Shown piece after piece: positions 27,052-38,560 of a stretch of DNA of 64,000 nucleotides; the stretch's first letter is position 1; each line of letters starts with the position of its first letter. A program made the position numbers and the translations under genes. The notes beneath the pieces were generated by a model, which made no database searches, had not been told where the DNA came from, and worked only from the letters and a program-made list of their open reading frames with translations. Origin of the DNA: Azolla caroliniana (Eukaryota; Plantae; Polypodiophyta); contig JBHGNT010000001.1 of NCBI GenBank assembly GCA_043228905.1, forward strand, positions 19,840,001 through 19,904,000, in the 5' to 3' direction.

Positions 27052-29195
27052 TCATTTTAATGCTTGCCAATGTTTTGGTTTAGGATCCTGCATAAATCTT
27101 GAAAGAATTCCAACGGTGAAGCATAAATCGGGACATGTACAGTTAACAAGGTAGCGTATACATCCAAGAATTTGCTTGTAAGGAACATTGAGCATTTCAT
27201 CTCGTTCTTTGATAGTTCTAGGAGCATCTTCAATTGATAATTTGCATGGAGTTGACATGGGTGTAGAGATAGACTTGCAATGTAGCATGTCTAAACGTTT
27301 TAATACATTTTTAATGTATTTAGTTTGGGAAAGAGAAAGGGATCCTTTGCCATGATCTCTTTGTAGGTTCATTCCAAGGAAATAGTTCATTGGACTAAGG
27401 TCAATTATTGCAAAAGCTTGTTGAAGTTCCTTCTTCGCAAGTTGTAGATACGCGAGTAGAGGTAAGTCATCGACATAAACACCGAGTATGATGAAATTAT
27501 TCTTAGCTCTTTTAATGTATACATTTGGTTCATTCTTTAATCGTTTATAACCATTGTTAGTTAGAATGTTATGAAGTCGATGATACCAAACTCATGAAGA
27601 TTGTCGAAGACCGTATAAGGATCGATGTAAGCGACATACAACATTTGGTCACGTTGAATCTTCAAAATGCGGTGGTTGTTGCATATAGATCTCTTCTTTG
27701 AGTTCTGCATGACGAAAGGCGGTTTGACCATCTATGTGATGTAGTTCCAAATCAAATTCGACAGCGAGAGAGACGAATATGTGAAATGTGATACGCAATG
27801 TAGGGCTAATTGTATCTTTGAAGTCGATTCTGGGTATTTGCGAAAAATCACGAGCTACGAGACGAACTTTGAAACATATAATATTTCCAGCACCATTGGT
27901 CTTCTTCCGAAGAACCGACTTACAACTAAGAGTTTGTCGATCAGGTGGTGGATCGACAAGGCTCCAAGTTTTGTTCTTTAATAAGGTTGTCATCTCCTCT
28001 TCCATGGTTGCTCTCCATTTAGGGCCATCGGTACCAGACAACACTTCTCGAAAGGTAATAATGAATTCATTTGTGGTATCTGGTTCTTCTTCAACTATAA
28101 GAGCGTCCATATCGAGGTCCACAAAGTGTGCCTCGAATTGGTCGAGTTTCTTATTGAATCAGACAAGGAGCATGTACGGTGAAGTGGTGAGTCGTTATTA
28201 TATGAGTTTGGATAGTCTTGCGAGGATTGTGATTTTGAGTTGGTTGAAAAATCACTAGTGATGTCGGGTGAGTTAAGATGAAATGGCGGAATGACATGAT
28301 GGGTTTGAGAGCTTTCAAGAGCATATTGATTAGAGTTCGAGCAATTTGATAAAGAGAGTGGTAAACTATTGAATGTATTTAAGCGTGGTGAAGACGAGGT
28401 TGATGTAGAAGGTGTGTGTGTGAGGTCATCATAATGTGTGGAGTTCGATGGTGTGAAACCAATATCAAGATGAGGGTGTATGTAGTTAGTTTGTTTATGT
28501 TGGGTAGTTCTTTTATGTTCGTTGGTTAGTTTTAAAGGTGTATTTTTTATTTTACTTTTATTTTTATTAACTTTGCAAATGGAGTCAAACGGGAGGAGTT
28601 CTTGGAGTAGAGGAGATGGGAGGAGATGCAAGGGGTCAATGTGCAGAAGAGATTGGAGGAGGTGCAAGGTGTAGAGGTAGTGGCTAATCAACGTGAATAA
28701 AAGGGTGAGGGATTACCACATAACAATTGACAACATAGGAAACTTCATCAAGGTGAGAGACGGCGATGATATTGGTGGCTTTCTTTGATCGATTGCTGGC
28801 GGCAATAACTGCGACATCAAAATACTCTTGTCGGTGGTTAGTGGCAGTTCTCTTGGAAGGGCGGCTATTATCATCATCAACGTTGTTGTGTTGGTGGAAA
28901 AAGGTGGCATCAGTGGCGGTTGTCAGAAGCGATGTTTTGTTGGCGGAAGTCAACAGTGGCATTGTTCTGTTGGCAACAGAAGTGGATAGTGGCAGTGTTG
29001 TTTGGGAGGCGGCGATAATCAGCAACCGTGATGGCATCGGTGGCAGCAATGATGTTTGGAGGGAAACAAACATCATCAGCAATAGTACTATGTGGGTGGC
29101 AGAAGGCGGCAATGGCTGCGACTCTGTTTATAGGGTGGTGTACGTCAGCGGCAACGTTGTCATGAGATTGGCAAACAGTGGCGACATCATCATCT
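27052..29195 (-). mobile_element. AT-rich copia element C, RT and Ser/Thr/Pro-rich linker (continuation of 18668-19300)
   Basis: GVYVDDL, SLYGLRQSS, TCPDLCFTVGILSRFMQDPKPKHWQALK continuing across the gypsy insertion. Confidence 0.85.
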
Positions 29196-31197
29196 AACGG
29201 ATCTCAATTACCCGATTGGCTTGATCAGTCAATTTATGTCGCAACCCATGACCGAACACCTTTAGTGCGCGCAAAGGATATTGCGCTATGTCTGCGACAC
29301 TAAGGATAGGGCAATGCTATATAAGACCGGTATTGTTGCACAAGTTGTCGGCTACTCAGATTCCAATTGGGCCGGAAACATCGGTGATCGTAGATGCACA
29401 TCTGGGTTCGCTTTCTCTCTTGGGAGCGCCGCTATCTCCTGGAGTAGCAAGAAGCAACCGACAGTTGCATTGTCGAGCACGGAGGCTGAGTATCGAGGAG
29501 CGGTTATCGCGACATGCGAAGCCACTTGACTCAAGAGGCTACTCAAGGATCTCAGGTGGAGGTTTCTACTCCGATGACAATTGTAAAAGATTATGTGCTG
29601 AAGCAATAGAAAACCAAACACACATAAAATACGCAAGTTTAATGGAGAGCTTGAGTATACACACTACACGAGAGAGACAGAGAGAGAACACACAAAAACT
29701 CAATTCAAAAAATACTAACTCTCTGTACATACACCGTGCTCAGTGAGCACCTTTTATACAAGCCCGGACAATCGGGCTGACACAAGTACTGACAGTACTT
29801 GACTGCTCATAAATGAGCCTCGACACTTACTCCCAAAACTATTCCTTACGAGGAATATCTCTCTAACGGCCTTTCGGTTTACGCACTGATACAACCTCTC
29901 GTTACGCACCGGTTTGCGTATTCGTTTTACGCACCGGTCCGGCCTAACCGATCGGTCCCAACCGATCCGGTCCTCGGCTTGCTCAGCCGATCCGGCCAAT
30001 GTTGAGCTTGTCTCTCAACAACAATGTATTGCGACAACCTCAGCAACATCCAACTTGCAAAAAACCTCGTCTTCCACGCCCGGACCAAGCACATGGAGGT
30101 GCACTACAATTTTGTCCGCGAGCGTGTCCTCTCCGGTGAAGTCAAACTAGCGTAAGTTCTAATGGATTGGCAGACTACTGACATCTTCGCCAAGCCCCTT
30201 GGTTTCGACAAGTTGCGGAAATTCTCGGGTGCGCATGGTTTGCGGTACCTCGACGTGTCGAACTTGAGGGGGAGGAAAGACTAGGATGGGACGTGACCGC
30301 GAAGCTGAGTCGGATGAAGAATTCGAGTTTGGGTCGGCTGAAGAAGTCAAAGGCAGAAACAAGGGCCGCAACCAAAGGGAAGAGCCAGAGTCAGCCGAAC
30401 AAGGGGGAGTTGAAGCCAAGAAGGAAGAGAAGGCCAAGATGAAGACTTGGTCTGATGTGGTTAAGGGCCTAAAGACACAAGACGATTTGGAGACAACCAA
30501 TTCAAGCAAGAGCGGAAACGAATCGAAGATAGTTGATTCGGTTCGAATGTTCAATTCGGAGAGCCAAATCAACTAAAGACCAAGCGGAGGAAAGGGCAGC
30601 GGAAGAGGCGCCAACACCACGATAGCAAAGGATCTAAGAAAGGCCAGACGAGCAGACAAGCCGATCGAAAGGGTTGAGGCACGCAGAATCGAACAGGCTA
30701 AGGAGCGCCAATGAGGGGTGAAGCCAAGAGAAGCTGGAGCAAATATTCGGAAGAGCAGGCGGAACCTCAAGTTGAGCTTGCGGGGGAGTGTTGAGATACA
30801 AGCTCAACATTGGGTGCGTAAACCGGTGTGTAAACTAGTGTGTAGTTTGGGTGTGTAAATCGGGTGTGCAACGAGAGGCTGTAGCAGTGCGTAAACAAAT
30901 ATTCCGCAGAGGAATATATTCTAGGAGTTAGAGGAGAGGCTCATTGATGAGCAGCGAAGTACGTGTCAATACTTCTATCAGTATGTATGGACTTGTATAA
31001 AAGTGCTCTCTGAGCACATCCTATGTATAGAGTTTTAGAGTATTGTTTTCAAATTGAGTTTTCTGTGTTCTGCTCTCTCTGTCTCTCCCGCAAAGGCTGT
31101 GTTGATTAAGCTTTCCATTAAACCGTCCTCATCTTCTTTGTCTTTGTCTATTGTTACCCGGTTGTGTCTGTTTAGCTTCCGCATGTATTCTTTTACA
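29196..31197 (+). mobile_element. Copia family A 3' fragment (RT end, RNase H, 3' extension, PPT, 3' LTR 30789-31197)
   Basis: GYSDSNWAG, SKKQPTVALSSTEAEYR; TTGCGGGGGAG then TGTTGAG...TTTTACA. Confidence 0.9.
29582..30020 (-). repeat. Solo LTR of copia family A inside a family A RNase H
   Basis: TG...CA termini, perfect 5-bp TSD ACAAT at 29577-29581 and 30021-30025. Confidence 0.96.
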
Positions 31198-32546
31198 ATG
31201 CACAAAAACATGGGCATGGAACCATGGTTTTTGTGCACACGGTTTTGCTTGAGACATGAACAAACCATGGACTTGGAACCATGGGTTTGTGCGCATGGTT
31301 TTGTTTAGTTGTTCCCTATGCAATTTTGAATATTTAAAAGAAATAGATAAAATTTAAAGCACTTGATAGGAAACCTAATGGTAAGTCTTTTTTTTTTTTT
31401 CTTAGAGGTGCAAGGCTTGGATATTACTTGCATCCCTCTATATGCACTCAAGCTTACTAGGCCCTATGCTAATTTTCATATTTACAAGTGTGTGTATCCA
31501 CACTTTTCTACTACTAGAGACGCCACACATCTGCACATTGCATCTTCTCGATTTTGTCTGTTCCACACGATTTTCACATCTTTGTTGAAAATCTTCACAA
31601 CATCCACCCCCACCAAACCGCATGTCCTTTGGTACGTGCCAAGAAGAGAGTGTGAGATTTCAGCTACGGTGATCTATAAGTTTCCTCCATGTCCTTGTTG
31701 ACCTCGTGCACATTTGTGGGTTCTGCCCTACCATTTTCTTTGTTGAGTTCATCGAGATTAGGACTCTCATCTTGTCTTTTCTTGATGATTTTTATTCTTT
31801 TCCCTGTTGTGGGTATGGCCTGCCTTGATCCATCCACCTCTGCGAGGTGGTAGGTGGCGTTGTTGTTAACACTCTTTACCATATACAATTCGAACCACCT
31901 TCTTGCGAACTTTCTTGTAGTCCTGTGTTGGTTGTCAAGGCTACTATCGTAGACCAGTACCCAACCTCCTTCTTCGATCTTTTTGGGAAGCAGGTGATGT
32001 GTCTTGTTGAACCGAATCTTGTTCTTCAGCCGGGCAACCTCCACTATCTTTTGCGCATTTTCTAGATCTTCGGGCCTTCTTTCGAGCTACCTTATCCATG
32101 CCGCTAATAATTCCTCCTGACTCATCTCGTTCTCCCATGGTATCGCTACCCATGAGGTGATCTTCATGTTGATGGCCATTACCAGCTTCTGTCCATAAAT
32201 GAGGTCTTCTAGCATGTAGCCTGTCAGAGAACTGTGCATAGTTCTGTCGGCCCACAAGGCATAGGGAAATAGTCATGGCGAGTTCCCGACTCAATCGTTG
32301 CATGCTCGTACGATGGCTTTGACTATTGGCCCATGCCCTCGCTCCATCTTTTCATTCACTTCCGGTTTGTAGGTAGTTGTGAGGGACAACTTCATGCCTA
32401 GTCGGTCGAAGACCTCCATTGCTTCGTGTGCATCTAGCTCCCTACAATCGGCCAATATCTTTCCCACACATCTTTATCGGCAGGCGACCTCTTCGCGTAG
32501 AAATTTGTAAATGGCTACCGTCTTCTTATTTTCTAAGGCTCGTCCT

Positions 32547-35500
32547 TGTTATCTGTGGGACAAAGGGCACGAGGTGTGAAACGAACCTAAAAGAGACAAC
32601 TAAGTCAAGTATGTAAAAAGGGAATCAGTCGAGCACTCGTAGCCAAGGAAGATAGAGCTAAATACATGCAACCAAGAGTAAAGGCCGTGAATTATGAGGA
32701 AGTAGTTGAAGCGTGCCAAGGTAAGAACATGCTATATAAATCGAGGAGCAACAGAAGAAGGGGGGGCGGAGATATACCTATTTTATGCTATAAGAGAGAG
32801 AGAGTGTGTGTGAACATTATTGTCGGTCGTTTGACTTGTAATCAATATTTGCAGTAATAAGTAGATATAAGTTTTGGGGTCATTTCGGTGTCAGTTTTAT
32901 CTTCATCTTTACTTGCCATGTCTATCTTGTTTCTAAATCATAAGTGAAAAGACCGGTTGTGGCCGGTTATCATGTAATTGATCGACCTAATCCGCCCTAT
33001 CGTACTCTCCTATGTAACCATGATTCCTTGACCCGATTTCTCAGAGAAGTAATCAAAGGTGTAACTCTGAGGAAGGGGACAACACAATTTGGCACGCCCA
33101 TTTCACGATGTAAGGTCGCAACGAACAACGTAGTAGGACACCCCATCCACCATTACGACGCCCACCCGTAACACGCGTTGTCGACTACCATCCCATCGAG
33201 TCAAGCCAACCGAGGGTAATTCCGATTCCATGCTCACGTAGCAATCATCGTCGAAGCTATCTGAGTCAAACCACTCTCCACCGCCGGCACCAGACACTTA
33301 ATCGACAGTGGGCTCTGACCCCATTTCGCCTCACAGTCCTCCAAAAGTTAACCAAGCCGAATACAACCCATTTCAAAACTTCGACACCATGTCATACCCG
33401 TATCCACGTTATATGGATGGCCCCAATGTTGAGTCACACATCCTCTCTTTTGTTTTGACTTGGCAAGCCAACCATTCGACGCAGCGTCTGACCGCTGGTG
33501 AGGCTAAGGCATCGAAAATCGCGGAGTTCACATTGTCCCTCGATGGACCCGTTGCATGGTTATATTCCCGCCACGATCTTGGGGAGTTTGCAATGTTTTA
33601 GGATGTCTGTAATCGATTCCTCAAACTTTTCCACCGTGAGATACCTAAGCGAGAACTACTCCGCTACTTCTACGTTATTGCACAAGAACCGCATGAAACG
33701 GTTTCCTAGTTTACGATCTGCATCCAGGATCTCGATTGGAAACTCGCCCGAGATGTGTCACACATTACGCGTAGCACTATGGGAGCCTCTGCGCACAACT
33801 CTCGCCTTGACCGACTTCTTGCAAGAGACAATTGAGCAGGTGGTCGCCTAAATCCTTGCTGTGTACGGAGCCTAACATAGTACGTCTTTTTGGATAGGGT
33901 CACTCCAAAAGACCTTGCTGACCCACGAAGAAACCCAATCTTGGCAGGCTCTCCGATGTACGACATGCCTAAATTCTAGCCACTATGAGGACCGGCCCAA
34001 GGAAGAGCGCCACCGGCCAGACAATAGAGAGGACCGCTATCGCCCAACAGATGACTACTACAGATACGACTATGATCGACACGACTATTATGAACCAAGA
34101 TATCAAAGGCATGATCAACACCCTCCGCATAATATCGATGTCCTCGGCAATCGTGAAATAATCCACGACCTCTGGAAAATAGATGTTGGGACCCACCACG
34201 ACCAAATCATTGACGACCACCTCCCCACATCAAGGCTCGAGAAGACCCCCACCAAGCGCAGCAATACACCTCACCGGCCAGAGAGGAGAATTCCCGACCA
34301 TATCAAACATCAGAATTCAAGCAAGGGGAATCAACCAATTCGAAACTGGTGATGTGCTTTAACTATAATCAACTAGGGCATTATGCCACACAATGTCCGA
34401 CAAATGATCGCAACAAAGGACACGCAGTGAATATCATTATGGCAGAAGTCTAGCAGGTTACCACACGAAGCAAGGCCCAACACACACAATGGGAAATCTA
34501 GGATGAAGTCCATCAAGCCACAAAAGGAATGGATCGAGAAAGCAAATAACGCAAACGTCGATTGCACGTATACCAAGATGAAAGATATCATTGTCGGTAC
34601 ATCGGCCTCCTCACAACCTCCCGGGTCACCGGACGACAACCCCATTTGGCAGGCACTCACTAGCTGCTAGATATCCATGCCCTTAAATAAGATCCTACAA
34701 CCACTTTCATGGTTCAAGGACATGGTGACATCCTTAACTACCGGCAAAGAGAAGACAACCATGCCTGTGCACCTTGTTGAGCCGAAGGCAGGCCCACCAC
34801 TAATGGACTCCCGAAACCCCGCTGTCAAGATCATTACCAAATGGAGGGATGTTCATGGTTGCATTATTGATGGGGGATCAGTGGTCAATGTCATTAGCGA
34901 AGCCATGTGTCATGATCTCAGCATCACGCAATGGGAGCCATGCCCATTTGGCTCCGTATGGCGGATACACGATTTGTCCAGCCAATGGGCTTAATTCGAC
35001 ACCTCAACTTTATTTTGGGAGGCCACACCTTCACGATTTCGGTGGTGGTGTTACACCTCAACGCTCCTGGCACTTACCCGATGCTGCTCAGTCATCCCTA
35101 GTTAGGCACGGCCAACATTAAGCAACATTGGTAGCTGTGAAAGTGTTTTTTGAATTCAAACCATTGAACACTAGATGGATATAAAGTATGGATAATTCAC
35201 ATTTGGAGGATAAGAACACGAACTAAGAGCTTAGGGAAGGAGTCAAAAGTAAAAGTACAAGACCAAGAGAAAAGTAAAAAGAGAAAAACGCAGACTATAA
35301 AAAACAGTAAAAATAGAATGGTCATAACTCCCTCGTTGTTTATCCAAATATCACGTTTAAATATGGATTAGAAAGCTTGTAAAAAGAGCTTTCTATGGCT
35401 TTTTAAATCTCTTAATTTGGATATCGGATGAGGGAGATATGACGATTAGAAGGTTGATGTGTCATAGCTAAAAATAGGGAGATAAAAAGCTTCTAAAAAT

Positions 35501-38246
35501 AGCATGAACGTGGATAAGAAGAGGAAGGTTATAAAAGAAGAAGTGATATTAGTGAGGGGGGGCCTTTTTCTTGTGGGGTTTTTCTTGCCTATTCATGTTG
35601 TGCGTTTTTTCTAGTGATCAATTCATCCTTGTAGGCTTGAGTTTATGTATCTTCTTTCTCTTGTTTCTATGATCATCACTCCTTATTAATATATCTTTGT
35701 AGATTTGGGTTTCTATATCTTCCTTCTCTCTCTTTTCTATCATCATATCTCTTTTCAGTAGCGAAATATGATATCATTAAGGCACGGGAAAACCAAGGTC
35801 CATGTCGTCGCGGAGGAGCGAATCTATACCTCACAAGACACCACTTCGCTATATGTGGAAGCCCTTCACATGCTCGATGGACTTGTCGATGAGGAAGTTG
35901 ATCACTTCCTGGAGGACCACATGAAGGTTGTTCCACTGTTCGACATCGACATCATAACAGTCATCTGCCCTTATGTTTCCAAGCCATCCAAAACATAGAA
36001 GATATGGACCGAGACCATGATCCGAAATCGGTCAAAGAATTACGATATGCACACGAACTGCTCAAATGTGAGCTTGCTATATCTCAACGTGTGAAAGCAT
36101 CAACACTAGACGAGATTAACCTCCACACCACCACGGATCCACAAACATTGAAAATAGCAAAAGAATTGGCTCCCGATGAACGTGTGGCATTGGTCAAGTT
36201 ACTCACGAAATACCAAGATGTTTTTGCATGGTCGTACAGTGACATGAAAGGGTTAGAGCCACAATACTATCAGCACCAGATCCATCTGTAGCATGACGCA
36301 TGACCTATACAACAACGTCGCTACAAAATGAATCCCAATTATGCGACAAAACTGAAGGAGGAAATCGACAAACTCCTCAGGGTGGGGTTCATTCGGCCAG
36401 TAAAAAGGGCCTGAAGAAAAACAGTCAAATAAGGGTTTGTGTCAACTACCGAAAGTTGAACGTAATGACCATCACTGATGCATTTCCTCTTCCGTTTACA
36501 GATGGTGTGCTTGACGTTGTGGCAAGACATTAGCGCTATAGCTTTTTGGACAGATTCAGTGGGTACAATCAAATCCGCATGCAACCCGATGACCAAGAGA
36601 AGACAACATTCGTAATAGAATGGGGTGTTTTTGTGGCAGTCGTAATGATGTTTAGATTGAAGAAAACACCAGCCACCTTCCAACGTATCATCGCTGAAAT
36701 TTTCGACGACTACATCCCGACCTTCATGAAGTCTTTCTCGACGATTTCGCCATCTATGGCTGACAAACAGAGCATCTTGACTAGTTACGTCTCTGCCTCG
36801 ATCGTTGTTGATAAACCCGAGTATGTCTAAACCCCGCAAAATGGGCATTTTATGTCTCTAGCGGCACTCTGCTAGGGTACATTGTCAGCCGCGAAGGGAT
36901 CACTATCTTGAAGACCCCGACAAAGTTCATGCCAGCTTGAACGCCCCAATTCCGACTATAGAAAAGACCCTCAACCGATTTTGGGGGCAAATCAGGTGGC
37001 ACAGTCGAATGTTGCGTTATCTACCCGAGTTTGCGACACCGTTACACACGACGGTGCATTGGGTACCTTTCAGATGGATGGAAATGGATGAACAAGCCTA
37101 CAAAGCCCTCAAGGTTCTATTATCGCACGCACCAGTGGTGCAACCCCCCGATTGGTCACAACCTTTCCATGTTTTCGTCGACGATTCAGAGGTGGCCATC
37201 GTGAGCACTCTCATGCAAATGACGCCTCGAAACTGGTATCGGCCAGTGTACTATGCTAGCAACGGAACGCGAAGCACTCGGCATGATATACAACATCACA
37301 AAGTTTTGGCACTATCTGCTCGACCGAAAATTTACGTTCCACGTCGATCACTCGGCCTTACTATATTTAGTCACCAAGCAAGCATTGACTGGCCAACTGC
37401 TACGATGGATGCTACTTTTACAAGAATTCGAATTTAACATACACCATCGTCCAAGGGTACAACACGTGGTTGCAGACTATCCGAGTTGGCTCGAATCGGG
37501 GGAACCAACCGAAACCATATATGACGATCTTCCCAACGCCAACATTTTTGGTATTCACCCTACCACACAACATGCCAAATACGAGTAAAGGCACAAGTAA
37601 AGGCACTAGTTGGAAAGCACCGGATGAAGCTGAATCTGAAGGTCGAAGAGGCACTAGCTCATGAATGGAAAGAATGGTTGGCTCAAGCAACTAAATTCCA
37701 GGTCTTCCGAGCACATGCCGAAAATCAGAAAAAAGAGGGCCGTGGATTTTACAAAATGGATGAGAACATCATTCAAATCCTCCGCAAAGAATTCATAGAG
37801 GAATTCCAAGCCTTGGTACAATAGTAGACTGAGCAAAGACCTCACAAAGGAATCACATTGATTCTGGAAGAAGAATGAGTGTGCAATAGCAATTTTCAGC
37901 TCTTTCCAATACCAATATTCTCAATTTCTCGATTTTGAGTTTTTGGAGCCATCTTGTTTCTTTGGGTTTGACAAGCAAGGCATTGTTCCATGAGCATGCC
38001 AGGTGTTATCTATGGGACAAAGGGCACGAGGTGTGAAACAAACCTAAAAGAGACGAGTAAGTCAAGTATGTAAAAAGGGAATCAGCCAAGCACTCGTAGC
38101 CGAGGAAGGTAGAGCAAAATACATGCTACTGAGAATAAAGGCCGTGAATTAGGAGGAAGTAGTTGAAGCGCACCAAGGTAAGAACATGCTATATAAATCG
38201 AGTAGCACAAAAGGAAGGGGGCGCGGAGATATACCTATTTTATGCT

Positions 38247-38288
<42 letters not shown>

Positions 38289-38560
38289 ATTATTGTCTGT
38301 CATGTGCCTTGTAATCAATATTACGTACAATAATCAATAAATATAAGTTTTGGGGTCATCTCGGTGTCGGTTTTATCTTCATCTTTACATGTCATTACTG
38401 TCTTGTTCTTAAATCATAAGTGAAAAGACAGGTTGTGTCCAGTTATCGTGTAATTGATCGACCTACTTGGCCCTATCGTACTCTCCTACATAACCACGAT
38501 TCCTTGCCCCGATTACTCAGGGGAGTAATCGAAGGTGTATCTCCGAGGAAGGGGACAACA
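32547..38560 (+). mobile_element. Ty3/gypsy non-chromovirus (Tat/Athila-like) tRNA-Arg-primed element G2, degenerate, integrase deleted
   Basis: LTRs 32547-33084 and 38004-38560; TSD GTCCT/ATCCT; PBS TGGCACGCCCA 33090-33100; gag, degenerate Zn knuckle near 34355, PR IIDGGSVVNV, RT (FSGYNQI), RNase H (FHVFVDDS, TEREAL); remnant of extra ORF at 37624-37824. Confidence 0.92.
35136..35757 (+). repeat. Solo LTR of another family
   Basis: TGTGAAAG...CTTTTCA, perfect TSD GTAGC at 35131-35135 and 35758-35762; TATAAAAG near 35530. Confidence 0.88.

Noticed and set aside
28095-29197. Overlapping 140-200 aa ORFs as host genes
   Set aside because: Low-complexity S/T/P-rich linker contiguous with copia C RT; no recognisable domain
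38251-38286. (GA)n tract in G2 3' LTR
   Set aside because: Ordinary microsatellite length difference from the 5' LTR
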